A stretch of DNA of 64,000 bases from Candidatus Sumerlaeota bacterium (GCA_030156535.1 JASGMJ010000020.1:3571-67570); one strand, 5' to 3'. Positions 46,253 through 56,849 are shown, counted from the stretch's first letter. The notes: generated from the letters alone by a model not told the origin. Made by a program: numbers and translations.

Positions 46253-48370
46253 ATGACCCATCCGGCACGCGAAAACAGGTTCCTCAACTCCGTGGAAATG
46301 CGCGAGCGCCGCACCGTGCTCCGCTCCATGCCCTATTCCGTGCAGCTTGAGGTCACCACCAAGTGCAATCTGGCGTGCATCATGTGCGCCCGCGACAAGT
46401 ACCACGGCCGCGGCGAAGACCTGGCAGACGACATTCTCGACCCCGTCCTCGACCAAATCCTCCCCACTGCCCAGGACATCATCGTCTCCTCGTTCGGCGA
46501 GCCACTGCTCTACCCACGCTTTCGCGACATCCTGCTCAGGATCGAACCGGACTCCGGGCTCCAGCTCGGCTTCTTCACGAACCTGCTGCTGCTCACCGAG
46601 GAGATGGCCGAGGAACTCGTCAAACGCGGCGCCGCCTACGTGAACGCCTCGATCGATGGCGCGAGCAAGGAGACCTACGAGCGCATCCGCGCCGGAGGAA
46701 AGTGGGAGACGCTGCTCGAAAAAATCGAGCTGCTCAATGCCGTCAAGCGCCGCCACAATTCCTCCACGCCGCACCTGAACCTGTGCGTCGTCGGTTCGAC
46801 GCTCAACATCGACGAGACGGCCCTGTTCGTCGAGTTCGCCCGCGCGCACGGTTTCGACTCGGTGAAGTACAACCCCAACCTGTACGTCGACGACGAGGAG
46901 ATGGACTACCTCTCGCTCGTTCACGAGCAGGAGAAAACCGTCCGCCAGTTCCGCGTGGGCTACCAGCGCGCGCTCGAACTCGACCTGCACACCAACTACC
47001 ACCAGAAGCCCTACCGCGTGGCCTCCGCGCCCGGACCGATTCCACGCCAGGCGTCGCACTGGACAATTTTCATCAATCGCCTCAAGCGTCTCTATCGTAC
47101 GCGGCTCGGATGGCGGCTGGAGAACAACTGGAACCAGTCCGGTGGCATCCCCCGCCACTTCGTGACGCTGGCGCTGCGCAAGGCCGGCAACCTCACGCTC
47201 AACGCGATTCCCGTCTACGGCTGGAAGCGCCGCGTCGAGCACCCCATCCCGCACGTCATTCCCAACGACGCGCCGCCCCGTTCCTGCGGCAACGCCTGGA
47301 CGCATGTGCACGTCAAGTCCGACGGCCTGGTCTACCCGTGCTGCTTCTCCGATGAAGTGATGGGCGACTTGCGCAAGCAGTCGTTCGCGGAAATCTGGAA
47401 CGGCGAGAAGTACCAGGATTTGCGCCGCTCGCTCACGTCCGGCAACTACTGGGCAAGCTGCCGCAAGGCGAGCTGCAACTGGGTGGAGGGCGGGAAGTCC
47501 AGCGAGTACGGCTGCCGGATCGAGCTGACCGGCGCGGTCGAGTCATTCGATGGAAGCGCGGGCGCGGAGATTCCCGTGCGCATTGCGAACACCGGGCGGT
47601 TTCGCTGGCGTCCGCCCGAGCACAAGGGCGTCACGCATCGCAACTACGTGGCGCTGGCGTACCGCCTGTTCAACGCGCGCAACGAACTGATCGACGAGGG
47701 TGGGCACGTTCCGATTCCGCGCGCCGTCAAGCCGGGCGATTCCATTGAGATGACGCTCGCCGTGAAGCCCGTTCGTTTCGGCGGACCCGTGCGGCTGAAG
47801 ATCGACATGGTTCACGAAGGCATCACCTGGTTCGGCGAACGCGGAAACAATGCGCGCGACGTGGAACTCAACGTGGTGAACGTTCCCTTTGCCGCCTACG
47901 TGGGCGTGACGAACAAGGCGCTGGTGAAGCAACTGCTGGCCGGGCCGCTGATTCCCGGCGAGCGTTTCGAGCTGCCGCTGAAAGTGCGCAACGTGGGGAC
48001 GGAGACGTTGGGCGCGCTGCCGGAGACGGATTTCGTTTCCTGTCACTGGCGCGACGCGACGGGCGAAATCGTCGAGTGGGAAGGGCTGAGGGCCACGCTG
48101 AACACGCCGTTGGAGCCCGGCGGGGAATGCGCCGTCGCACTCACCGTCGAAGTCCCGCGCGGCATCGAACCCGGCACCTGCCAACTGGAGATCGACCTCG
48201 TGCGCGAGGATCAGGAATGGCTGAGCCTGGCGTGGGGGCGGCCGTTGCTGGCGTGGCGCGTGGAAGTCGAGGAGCGCGCAGCCGATGAAGAAAAACGCGC
48301 TCCCATGCAGCCTGCCGCCGAGGCGTTTGGCCAGTGCGCCGCCAACACCGGCAGCAAGGGCATCTGGTAG
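46253..48370 (+). CDS. radical SAM/SPASM-domain protein fused to two C-terminal beta-sandwich (Ig/CARDB-like) domains
   Basis: CxxxCxxC (TKCNLACIMC) ~20-35 residues from the start, and SPASM-type Cys clusters (CGNAWTHVHVKSDGLVYPCCF, C..C..C). The last ~280 aa are two ~110-aa repeats with a beta-sandwich-like pattern. The start may instead be the ATG at 46298. Confidence 0.78.
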   Translation: MTHPARENRFLNSVEMRERRTVLRSMPYSVQLEVTTKCNLACIMCARDKYHGRGEDLADDILDPVLDQILPTAQDIIVSSFGEPLLYPRFRDILLRIEPDSGLQLGFFTNLLLLTEEMAEELVKRGAAYVNASIDGASKETYERIRAGGKWETLLEKIELLNAVKRRHNSSTPHLNLCVVGSTLNIDETALFVEFARAHGFDSVKYNPNLYVDDEEMDYLSLVHEQEKTVRQFRVGYQRALELDLHTNYHQKPYRVASAPGPIPRQASHWTIFINRLKRLYRTRLGWRLENNWNQSGGIPRHFVTLALRKAGNLTLNAIPVYGWKRRVEHPIPHVIPNDAPPRSCGNAWTHVHVKSDGLVYPCCFSDEVMGDLRKQSFAEIWNGEKYQDLRRSLTSGNYWASCRKASCNWVEGGKSSEYGCRIELTGAVESFDGSAGAEIPVRIANTGRFRWRPPEHKGVTHRNYVALAYRLFNARNELIDEGGHVPIPRAVKPGDSIEMTLAVKPVRFGGPVRLKIDMVHEGITWFGERGNNARDVELNVVNVPFAAYVGVTNKALVKQLLAGPLIPGERFELPLKVRNVGTETLGALPETDFVSCHWRDATGEIVEWEGLRATLNTPLEPGGECAVALTVEVPRGIEPGTCQLEIDLVREDQEWLSLAWGRPLLAWRVEVEERAADEEKRAPMQPAAEAFGQCAANTGSKGIW

Positions 48371-48371
48371 A

Positions 48372-49106
48372 TTAGGCTGCGGCCGTCACCATGCGGACGA
48401 AGGCGTCTTCGAGATCTTCGCCGTGGCGCTCGCGCAGGCCGTCGAGCGTTCCCTCGTAGAACAGCCGTCCCTGATGAATGATGCCGACCGTGTCGCACAG
48501 GCGTTCGACGTCGGGCATGATGTGCGTGGAGAAGAGGATCGTCTTGCCGGCGTCGCGCTGGGTGCGAATGAAGGTGACGATGGTTCGGCTGGAGAGGACG
48601 TCGAGCCCGGCAGTGGGTTCGTCGAGAATGAGCACGGGGGGATCGTGCACGACGGTGCGCGCGATGTTCACGCGCTGCTTCATGCCGGTGGAGAGCTTGT
48701 CGCAGGGGCGGTCGAGAAACGCGCCGAGATCAAAGAGCACGGCGAGATCGGCGATGCGCGTCTCCAGCGGTTCCTTCTCCATGCCGTTCAGACGGCCGAA
48801 ATAGCGTAGCACCTCGCGCGCCGTCAGGCGGCCGTACAATCCCGTGTTGGCGGAAAGAAAACCGATGCGCGTACGGACGCCCGCGGGGTTTGCGGCCACG
48901 TCGATGCCATCGACCAGTGCCGTTCCCGAAGTGGGGCGCAACGCCGTGGAGATCAGGCGCAACGTCGTCGTCTTGCCCGCACCGTTCGGCCCCAACAGCC
49001 CGAAGACCTTGCCGGGCTGGCAGGTGAATGAGACCTCGGAAACGGCGTTGATCGCGCCGCGACGCCGGTCGCGGAAGGATTTGGTGAGCAAACGTGCTTC
49101 GATCAT
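48372..49106 (-). CDS. ABC transporter ATP-binding protein (no adjacent permease gene)
   Basis: Walker A GPNGAGKTT, Q-loop, signature LSTGMKQR, Walker B ILDEPTAGLD, H-loop. Confidence 0.88.
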   Translation of the reverse strand: MIEARLLTKSFRDRRRGAINAVSEVSFTCQPGKVFGLLGPNGAGKTTTLRLISTALRPTSGTALVDGIDVAANPAGVRTRIGFLSANTGLYGRLTAREVLRYFGRLNGMEKEPLETRIADLAVLFDLGAFLDRPCDKLSTGMKQRVNIARTVVHDPPVLILDEPTAGLDVLSSRTIVTFIRTQRDAGKTILFSTHIMPDVERLCDTVGIIHQGRLFYEGTLDGLRERHGEDLEDAFVRMVTAAA

Positions 49107-49131
49107 GGAGTCGCTACCGTGAAGCGCGGGG

Positions 49132-51831
49132 TTACATCTGGGGTTTCTGGATGATGTCGCTGGTGCGCAGGCGGGTGAGCTGGGTCAGGCCGGAAGCGCT
49201 GACGTCGGCGGCATAGCCTTCGCCCTCGGTGACGGGCAGGGAACGCCATTCGACGCGGCGGCCGCCAGCGATATCGTTGAGGCAGCGGAACCGGAAGGCC
49301 GCCATGAGCTGTTCCTTCATCAGGCCCGGCTGGATCTCGACGTTCACCCAGACTTCGCGGCTGGGCCAGATGTCGAAGGCATTGTCGAAGCGCACGCGGG
49401 CGGCGGGCAGGTTCTCGAAGCCAATTTCGACGCCGCGCACGACGTTCTGGGCGCGCACCTGGAAGATGGCGCGGCGGCTGCCGACAACGCAGTCGAGCAT
49501 GACGTCGAGGCGGGGCTCGGGAAGGGAAACGGACTTGGGCGCCACGGGCTGGTACATCCGCGCGGAGAGCACCTGCTTGCCGCTGATGAGTTCACCGACG
49601 ACGACGGCGCTCTCGGGATTCGTGATGCGCAGGGTGTCCAGACTGAAGAGGCCGATCTCGGTCTTGCCGTTGGCGGGCAGCGTCAGGTTGTGGTCGTACC
49701 AGTCGAGCAGCTCGCCGTCGAGCGTGTAGGACTTGAGGCGGCAGATCAGCTCCATGTCGCGCTCCCACCCGGGGCCGTCGTGGACGGCAACGGCACGGAA
49801 CCCCGTGTCGGCGTCGAGCAGGATGAGCGAGACGGGGGCGTAGGCATCGCGCACGGCCCAGTAGGCCAGCTTGGGCCGGGTCTTGTAGTCGAGCAGCGAG
49901 GCCGAAATTCCGGGCCAGCAATCGTTGAAGTGCCAGAGGATGGCGCCCATCGTCTCGGGCTTGTTGGCGCGCCAGGTGTCGATGGCCAGGGTGAGCGCCT
50001 GGGCCTGGGTCCACTGGCTGAGGTAGATCAGCTCGTCGAATGTCTCGGGGGGGCGGGTGCGGCTGATGACGTATCGGAAGAGGCGGCCGGTGCCGTCCTG
50101 TTGCTTGAGATGGGACTCGAAGTCGGAGTGGTTGAGGCTCTTCTCCTCGGCGCTCGTCCAACTGCGGACGGTTTCACGGTGCGGCAGCGCCATGAAATCG
50201 AAGCGGGAAACGAAGCGGGCGCGCACGTCACGGTAGGCAAGTTCGGGTTCCCAGTTTTCCCAGACGCCCAGATAGTGATGGTCGCCCTGGTTCTCGCTGT
50301 TGGGGTCTTCGCCGCCGGAGGGCGAGGAAGTCCAGTAGGGACGATGGGGATCGAAGGTTTCAATGACGTGTGGCAGGAGACGGGTGAAGATTTTGCGGCC
50401 GGGCTGCTTGGTGCTGTTCTGGGTGGCGCGGTGGTGCATCCAGTCGTTGGCGTCGTTGCCGCACCACAGGACGATGCTGGGGTGATTGCGCAGGCGCTTG
50501 ATCTGGGCGCGTGCCTCTTCCTGGACGCTGTTCCAGAACTCCTTGGTTTCGGGGTGGTCGCCCTGGGCGAACATGAAGTCCTGCCAGACCATGATGCCGA
50601 GTTCGTCGCAGCGGCGGTAGAACGCCTCGGATTCGTAGACGCCGCCGCCCCAGACGCGCAGGAGGTTGATGTTTCCGGCGGCGGCGAGATCGAGCATCCG
50701 GCGGACGGCGTCGTCGGTGACGCGGCCGGGAAGAACATCCGGAGGAACCCAGGTGGCGCCGCGCGCGAAGACGGGCTGGCCGTTGATGCGGATTTCAAAG
50801 CCGCCCTGCTTGTTGGCCTCGCCGACGTTGAGTTCGACCTTGCGCAGGCCGAAGACGGTTTCCTGCTCGTCGAGCACATTGCCCTCGTGGCGCAGGACGA
50901 CGCGGGCGCGGTAGAGAGCGCGGCGCCCCGTGCCGATGCCATGCGGCCACCACAGGACCGGGTCGTTGATGACGACGCGCTCGCTGTAGCGGAACTTGCC
51001 CGGCTTGATTTCCAGCGGCTTGCTCTTGTCCAAAATGACTTCGCTGGCGTAGTTCGTCCCCGATCCGACGGGGTCGAGACGCTCGACGGTCGTCTGGACG
51101 TCGAGGTTCAGCGCGCCAAGGGCCTCGATTTCGGATTCGACGTCGATCTTGGCCTCGGCCGTGGAGAGCGACTTGATGGGAACGGCGAGCGAACCGAGGC
51201 GGGCGCCGGTGGTGTGGCGGACAATGACAGGACCCCAGAAGCCACAGCCTGAGAGACGCGGAGCCATGCTCCAGCCCGTGAGCATCTGGGCGCGGCGGGC
51301 GTAGACCCGGGTGCGGTCGAAGGCGGCGCGAAGCTGGCCGTTCTGCATTTCGAGGGCAGCGCAGCGGCGGGCGGCGGGCTCGAAATGCACGTAGAGCACG
51401 TTCTCGCCCGCGCGGATGGCGCCCGAAACGTCGATGGTCAATGGCACAAACTGGTTGGACGACTGGCCGATGTAGTGGCCGTTGAAGTAAATCTGGGCGA
51501 AGGTTTCGAGGGATTCGAACTCGAGCTCGAAGCGGTGCCCTTCGGCGTGCAGATGGTGCTGCCACTCCTCGGGCATGAGGAAGTTGGTCTTGTAGAGGAA
51601 ATCCTGGGACTCGACGGCGTAGGATTTCTTCTCGTTATTCGAAAAGAACGGGTCTTCCAACTTGCCCGCAGCCATGAGGTGGCCATGGACGCTGCCGGGA
51701 ATCAGGGCGGGCTCCCAGCCTTCGCGGGAGAGCTGGGCAGGGAGACGCCCGGCGGAGAAGTCCGCCATTTCCGCTGGTTCCACGGCGCGGAAGCGCCAGT
51801 TGCGCTCGAGGACGAATGCACGCTCGGCCAT
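49132..51831 (-). CDS. glycoside hydrolase family 2 protein, beta-mannosidase-like
   Basis: 899 aa with GH2 sugar-binding, Ig-like and TIM-barrel regions (NHPSIVLWCGNDAND..., WQDFMFAQ, catalytic-region motifs). Architecture and length are as in bacterial beta-mannosidases. Confidence 0.78.
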   Translation of the reverse strand: MAERAFVLERNWRFRAVEPAEMADFSAGRLPAQLSREGWEPALIPGSVHGHLMAAGKLEDPFFSNNEKKSYAVESQDFLYKTNFLMPEEWQHHLHAEGHRFELEFESLETFAQIYFNGHYIGQSSNQFVPLTIDVSGAIRAGENVLYVHFEPAARRCAALEMQNGQLRAAFDRTRVYARRAQMLTGWSMAPRLSGCGFWGPVIVRHTTGARLGSLAVPIKSLSTAEAKIDVESEIEALGALNLDVQTTVERLDPVGSGTNYASEVILDKSKPLEIKPGKFRYSERVVINDPVLWWPHGIGTGRRALYRARVVLRHEGNVLDEQETVFGLRKVELNVGEANKQGGFEIRINGQPVFARGATWVPPDVLPGRVTDDAVRRMLDLAAAGNINLLRVWGGGVYESEAFYRRCDELGIMVWQDFMFAQGDHPETKEFWNSVQEEARAQIKRLRNHPSIVLWCGNDANDWMHHRATQNSTKQPGRKIFTRLLPHVIETFDPHRPYWTSSPSGGEDPNSENQGDHHYLGVWENWEPELAYRDVRARFVSRFDFMALPHRETVRSWTSAEEKSLNHSDFESHLKQQDGTGRLFRYVISRTRPPETFDELIYLSQWTQAQALTLAIDTWRANKPETMGAILWHFNDCWPGISASLLDYKTRPKLAYWAVRDAYAPVSLILLDADTGFRAVAVHDGPGWERDMELICRLKSYTLDGELLDWYDHNLTLPANGKTEIGLFSLDTLRITNPESAVVVGELISGKQVLSARMYQPVAPKSVSLPEPRLDVMLDCVVGSRRAIFQVRAQNVVRGVEIGFENLPAARVRFDNAFDIWPSREVWVNVEIQPGLMKEQLMAAFRFRCLNDIAGGRRVEWRSLPVTEGEGYAADVSASGLTQLTRLRTSDIIQKPQM

Positions 51832-51856
51832 TATAGAGAGACCCGGAGGTAGTTTT

Positions 51857-51891
51857 CAGTCTTCAGTCTTCAGCTTTCAATCTTCAGTCTT
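51857..51891. repeat. five tandem heptamers (CAGTCTT-like) in the 5' leader of the GH2 gene
   Basis: CAGTCTT CAGTCTT CAGCTTT CAATCTT CAGTCTT read directly from the sequence, 26-60 nt upstream of the minus-strand ATG at 51831, in a locally AT-richer stretch. Confidence 0.5.
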
Positions 51892-52159
51892 ATCGTGTTT
51901 TGTGCTTCGTTTTTTGTCGTCCGATTATCAAATCGAGTTTCGGAGTGTGAGTTCGTGGGATTCGTGGTGATGCCTTGTTCGTTGTTCGGGGAAGACGGGT
52001 TTCCCCTGCCCGTTCCCCCTACGTTGCCCTATCACAGTCGCCAAGGGCATTTCCGCTGTCAATCTTACACCTTTGTGAGGGCAATCCACCGGGAAGGTGC
52101 AATGCGGCCCGAAAAGGGGGGCGTGCGGGAAAGCGAACAGTGGCAGTCTTCTTACACGC

Positions 52160-53068
52160 CTAGCTTTCCGACGCGAGGACGTCCAGTGCAATTCTCACTG
52201 TCTGGACGTGGAGGGCAACGGTGTCTTCCAGCCGCCGGGCGTAGCCCCCGCCGGTGACGGTGACGAACGGGATGCCGGCGGCAGCCAGCGGGGCGAAGGT
52301 CAGGCGCTCGCGCCGGGCCATCCCGGCGAAGGACAGCCCGAGGCGGCCGAGCTTGTCGTCCTCGTAGGGATCGACCCCGGCGACGACGAGGGCGAGCTGG
52401 GGACGGAAGTCGCGGACGATGGATTCGACGGCGGGGGCGAGGGCCTCGCAGTAGCCGTCGTCGCCGATTTCGGCATCGAGTCCGATGTCCAGGCGGCTCG
52501 TCTGCTTGTCGGGATAGAGGCGTTGCTGGTGGATGGAGAAAGTGAAGACCCCGGGGTCGTTGCGGAAAATGTGGGCGGTGCCGTTGCCCTGGTGGACGTC
52601 GGTGTCGATGACGGCGACGCGGTCGAGCCTGGCAACGCGGCGAGCCCAGGCGGCGGCGATGGCCACGTCGTTGATGTAGCAGAACCCCTCGGCGCGACCG
52701 GCGAAGGCGTGGTGGAAACCGCCTCCGAGGTGAAAGGCGGCGCCGCACTCCAGGGCGCGGCGTGCGGCGTGAAGAGTGCCGCCGGCGGTGCGGACGCAGC
52801 CCTCGACGATGGAGCGGCTGATGGGGAGTTCGCTGTGCAGGGTGCGCCCCGTGTGGGAGTACGAGCGCAGGTCGGCCAGGTATCGCGGCCGGTGAACGCG
52901 CAGGAGTTCCTCGTCCGTGGCCTTCTCCGGGTACTCGATGGCGTCGACAGTGGCCAGCCCCTCCTCCACCACGGCGTCGCGGAAGAGCCGGAACTTCTCG
53001 GTGGGGAAAACGTGGCGACCGATGTCGAACTCGTAGTCCGGGTGAAAGACAAAGGCCGGGCCGGACAT
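52160..53068 (-). CDS. histone deacetylase-family protein (acetoin utilisation/acetylpolyamine amidohydrolase-like)
   Basis: HDAC-fold motifs (GGGFHHAFAGRAEGFCYINDVAIA, DTDVHQGNGT, GGGY). The start overlaps the upstream M14 gene's stop by 1 nt. Confidence 0.82.
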   Translation of the reverse strand: MSGPAFVFHPDYEFDIGRHVFPTEKFRLFRDAVVEEGLATVDAIEYPEKATDEELLRVHRPRYLADLRSYSHTGRTLHSELPISRSIVEGCVRTAGGTLHAARRALECGAAFHLGGGFHHAFAGRAEGFCYINDVAIAAAWARRVARLDRVAVIDTDVHQGNGTAHIFRNDPGVFTFSIHQQRLYPDKQTSRLDIGLDAEIGDDGYCEALAPAVESIVRDFRPQLALVVAGVDPYEDDKLGRLGLSFAGMARRERLTFAPLAAAGIPFVTVTGGGYARRLEDTVALHVQTVRIALDVLASES

Positions 53069-54498
53069 CAGTAAACCTTCCAGCCGGAACCGGACACGGA
53101 GGCGGTGCTTTGGAGGGCGACGTCAGCGCGCGTGGCCGATCCGTCTGTAACAACGATGTCGGGGAGTGTGGCAGGAACGTAGCCGTCGGCCGTGACTTCG
53201 AGCGTGTAGGTGCCGGGCGGCAGGATGCGGTGGTAGTCGCCGACGGGCAGGTCGGTGTACGTGTCGAAGTCGCGTCCCTGCACGCGCACGGTGGCCTTGA
53301 TGGGAGTGCCTGTCGCCGCGTCGGTCACGATGCCGCGAACGCCGCGGTGGACCCACTCCATGAAGGCGAGCGTGGGCTCGCGGTTTTCACTGATGAGACT
53401 TGGGAGGCGGGAGGTGGAGGGGATTTTTTCGGCGTCGAGTTCGATGGTGATTTCCATGCAGCCGCGCCAGATGAAGTTCCAATCCTGCATCCCGCCGTAC
53501 AGGGCGTACCAGGCGACACCGTTGGTGATGCCGTCGGTGAAGCCGCCGCTGGTGGCCATGCGGCCGTGGGCGAGGGAGTAGGCCTTGGAGACGGCGCGCA
53601 GGACGTCGTCGTCGTCCGTCAGCGATTCGTTGCACGTGTAGTCCGCGCACAGGCCGCATTCGTCGTAGGGATAATTGGCCACCATGGCGCCGCCGTGGAA
53701 ATTGGCGGAGAGTGTTGCCTGAAACGTGGCGTCCCAGTTCATGACGGCAGCGATCTCGGGCTCGCGCCCGACTGTGCTGTCGGCTTCGCCGCAGGACCAA
53801 CTCGGGAAACTGCGGTTCATATCGACGTTGTTTGCGTTGTAGCGCGAGGCGGGCGAGGCTTCCCAACCGTCGGGATTCATCAACGGCAGAATGTGGATTT
53901 CCGTTTCATCGACCAGTGTGGTGAGGCGCGCGTCCGTGCCATAGCCTTCGAGGAGGCGCTGGATGAGGTCGAGCATGACCTCCATGCCGACGATCTCGTT
54001 GCCGTGAATGCTGGAGATGTACTTGAAGCCCGGCTCGTCCTCGGGGACGCCGGGGTTGTCGCTGATCGTGAGCACCCACAGGTCGCGGTTCTGCACGCTC
54101 TTGCCGATGGAGGTAAGCGAACAGATCGAGGGGTACTGGGCGGCGTAGGCCTGAAGCTGGGCGGTCATCTCGGCGTAGGAGTGGTAGGCGAGCTTGTCGG
54201 CGCCGGTCTTCTCGGCTTCGGCCGTGATGCGGTACCAGGACTCGGTGGCCTCGTCGGGAATCCAATGGATCGCGTGCCCGCGCGCGGCCAGGGCGTCGAA
54301 CTCCGCCTGTGTGACGTAGACGCGCACTCCATCGGCAGTGACGGCGTCGATGTCGGTGCCCAAACTGGCGATCTCCGCGAGCGCAGCGCGGTCGGCGCCT
54401 GTGACGAGTGCCGGAGCCCAGGGGAAGTCGGCGGGCTGGGCCACGGCGAAGGCCGTGCAGAGGGTGAAGAGAAGAATCGAGGCAAAACGCGGAAACAA
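53068..54498 (-). CDS. secreted M14-family zinc carboxypeptidase with a C-terminal carboxypeptidase-regulatory-like beta-sandwich domain
   Basis: Signal peptide. HGNEIVG zinc-binding motif, NPDGWE, a later His ligand region, and a C-terminal ~90 aa resembling the CarbopepD_reg-like fold (GTYTLEVTADGY). Confidence 0.78.
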   Translation of the reverse strand: MFPRFASILLFTLCTAFAVAQPADFPWAPALVTGADRAALAEIASLGTDIDAVTADGVRVYVTQAEFDALAARGHAIHWIPDEATESWYRITAEAEKTGADKLAYHSYAEMTAQLQAYAAQYPSICSLTSIGKSVQNRDLWVLTISDNPGVPEDEPGFKYISSIHGNEIVGMEVMLDLIQRLLEGYGTDARLTTLVDETEIHILPLMNPDGWEASPASRYNANNVDMNRSFPSWSCGEADSTVGREPEIAAVMNWDATFQATLSANFHGGAMVANYPYDECGLCADYTCNESLTDDDDVLRAVSKAYSLAHGRMATSGGFTDGITNGVAWYALYGGMQDWNFIWRGCMEITIELDAEKIPSTSRLPSLISENREPTLAFMEWVHRGVRGIVTDAATGTPIKATVRVQGRDFDTYTDLPVGDYHRILPPGTYTLEVTADGYVPATLPDIVVTDGSATRADVALQSTASVSGSGWKVY

Positions 54499-54700
54499 GA
54501 GGCGTGGCTCCGTCGGCGAATCTCTGTTCGTGATGACCGGGCGGGTACCGGGGCGCGAGCAGAGAATGGTCTTTATTCCGAGATCACCCGGATTTCACCC
54601 GTGGAGAACGGGCGGCAGGATTTGGACAAGCTCTTGACGCCCGGCGGAAGCGGCCGTTTCAGTGGCGGGCCTCACCGAAGAGGCCATTTCGCCCGGAGGA

Positions 54701-56716
54701 ATGATCTCCATGACTGCCACTGTCCCGCAAATCGACAAGAAACTCCTGAGCCAGTTGGCTCGCACGATCCGCGGCCTGTCGATCGATGGCGTGGAGAAGG
54801 CCAACAGCGGCCATCCGGGCGCCCCCCTTGGACTCGCGGATTTCTCGGCGCTGCTGTACATGCACTACCTGCGCTATGATCCGACCGCCCCGGACTGGTG
54901 GAACCGCGACCGCTTCGTGCTCTCCGCCGGTCATGCGTCGATGCTGATTTACTCGCTGATGCACTTGGCCGGGTACGAGGATGCCACGCTCGACCAGTTG
55001 AAGAACTTCCGCCAGCTTGGGTCGAAGACGCCGGGGCACCCCGAGAACTTCGTGATGAAGGGGATCGAGACGACGACCGGGCCGCTGGGGCAGGGCATCA
55101 GCAACGCCGTGGGCATGGCGCTGGCTGGCGAGATGATGGAAGCGCGCTTCCCCGGAATGTTCTCGTCGCACGTGTACACGATCGCCAGCGACGGCGATCT
55201 GATGGAAGGCGTTTCGGCCGAGGCGTGTTCCTTTGCCGGGCACCACAAGCTCGGCCGTCTGATCGCGTTCTACGACGACAACAAGATCACCATCGAGGGC
55301 GAAACGAGCCTGACGTTCTCGGGCGAGGACGTCGGCAAGCGCTTCGAGGCCTACGGCTGGCACGTGCAGCACGTGAACGGCCATGACTTCGACGAGATGA
55401 ACGCGGCGCTCTCCGCCGCCGTCGCCGAGACGGAACGCCCGTCAATCATCGTGGGACGGACGACGATCGGCTTTGGGTCGCCGAACGCCGCGAACACGTC
55501 GGAGGTGCACGGCTCGCCACTGGGCGCCGAGGAGCTGAAGCTGACGAAGAAGAACCTCGGCCTCGACCCCGAAAAGGAATTCGACGTTCCCGCCGAAGAC
55601 TACGCGGCGTGGAAGAAGCGCGCGGAGGAAGGGAAGGCCGCGCGGCTGGCCTGGGAGAAGAAGCTCCAGGCAATGGCGGCGGACAAGCGTGCGCTGCTGG
55701 AATCGTACTTCAAGAAGCCCGCCGTGGACCTCAGGAAGCTCCGTCCCTCATTCCCCGTCGGCAAGGGCGTTGCAACGCGCAAGTCAGCGGGCGAGGCGCT
55801 CAACGCCTATGCAGCCGAAGTGCCGTGGCTGGTGGGCGGATCGGCGGACCTGGCACCGTCCACGAACACGATCATCAAGAACGCGGGACACGTCGGCGCA
55901 GGCGAATTCGCAGGCAAGAACCTGCACTTCGGCATTCGCGAGCACGGCATGGGCGCGATCATGAACGGCATGTCGCTGTTCGGCTCGTTCAAGCCGTATG
56001 GGGCGACGTTCATGCAGTTCGCCGACTACATGCGCGCGTCGATCCGGCTGGCCACGCTGATGAAGCTGCCCGTCGTCTACGTCTTCACGCACGACTCGAT
56101 CTTCCTCGGCGAGGACGGCCCCACGCACCAGCCCGTCGAGCACCTGGCGTCGCTGCGCGCGATTCCGGGGCTGACGGTGATCCGACCGGGCGACGCCAAC
56201 GAGGCCGCCGTGGCGTGGGAGTTTGCCATCGCAAAGCAGGATGGCCCGGTGGTGCTGGCGTTGACGCGCCAGAACCTGACGACGCTCGACCGCGCGGGCC
56301 AAGGGCTCGGCGCGGCGGACGAACTCACCAAGGGCGGCTATGTGCTGAAGAAGGAAAAGGGCGCGGCAGCGCAGGTGCTCCTTGTGGCCACGGGGTCGGA
56401 GGTTGAACTGGCTCTGAACGCTGCGGAGGCACTGGAGAAGGAAGGCGTCGATGCGCGCGTCGTGTCGATGCCCAGCCTGGAGTTGTTCCGCGCACAGCCG
56501 AAGGAATACCGCGACAGCGTGCTGCCCCCCGCCGTGCGCAAGCGCGTGGTCATTGAAGCAGGTGTGCGCATGGGCTGGGAAGGGATCGCGACGGAGGACG
56601 GCGACTTCGTGACGCAGGATCGTTTTGGCGCGTCTGCCCCGGCCAAGGAACTCGCGAAGAAGTTCGGCTTCACCGTCGAGAACGTCGTCGCGAAGGCCAA
56701 GGGTCTGCTGAAGTAA
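54701..56716 (+). CDS. tkt: transketolase
   Basis: Colinear with Tkt ([11 protein letters not shown]-binding [32 protein letters not shown]). GGAGGA lies directly upstream of the ATG at 54701. Confidence 0.93.
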   Translation: MISMTATVPQIDKKLLSQLARTIRGLSIDGVEKANSGHPGAPLGLADFSALLYMHYLRYDPTAPDWWNRDRFVLSAGHASMLIYSLMHLAGYEDATLDQLKNFRQLGSKTPGHPENFVMKGIETTTGPLGQGISNAVGMALAGEMMEARFPGMFSSHVYTIASDGDLMEGVSAEACSFAGHHKLGRLIAFYDDNKITIEGETSLTFSGEDVGKRFEAYGWHVQHVNGHDFDEMNAALSAAVAETERPSIIVGRTTIGFGSPNAANTSEVHGSPLGAEELKLTKKNLGLDPEKEFDVPAEDYAAWKKRAEEGKAARLAWEKKLQAMAADKRALLESYFKKPAVDLRKLRPSFPVGKGVATRKSAGEALNAYAAEVPWLVGGSADLAPSTNTIIKNAGHVGAGEFAGKNLHFGIREHGMGAIMNGMSLFGSFKPYGATFMQFADYMRASIRLATLMKLPVVYVFTHDSIFLGEDGPTHQPVEHLASLRAIPGLTVIRPGDANEAAVAWEFAIAKQDGPVVLALTRQNLTTLDRAGQGLGAADELTKGGYVLKKEKGAAAQVLLVATGSEVELALNAAEALEKEGVDARVVSMPSLELFRAQPKEYRDSVLPPAVRKRVVIEAGVRMGWEGIATEDGDFVTQDRFGASAPAKELAKKFGFTVENVVAKAKGLLK

Positions 56717-56849
56717 CGGGCGGCCATTCACCACGAAAGCAACAACGGGCACGTCAGGAGCCTGCCAGCCATAGCCTTGGCGACGGCTGGCCCGTAATCG
56801 GAAAGTGACCGTCAACTTCATCGAAGGTTCTTCTCGAACCACGCGCCCT

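Noticed and set aside
44421-46329. Many 60-200-aa ORFs on both strands inside the array (repetitive 'YPLFIRGSRLPWACGARARRRGK...' peptides)
   Set aside because: They are products of translating the repeat. Unit lengths of 149-152 bp shift the frame from copy to copy, so no frame is maintained and the ORFs occur equally on both strands. This is inconsistent with a selected repetitive protein.
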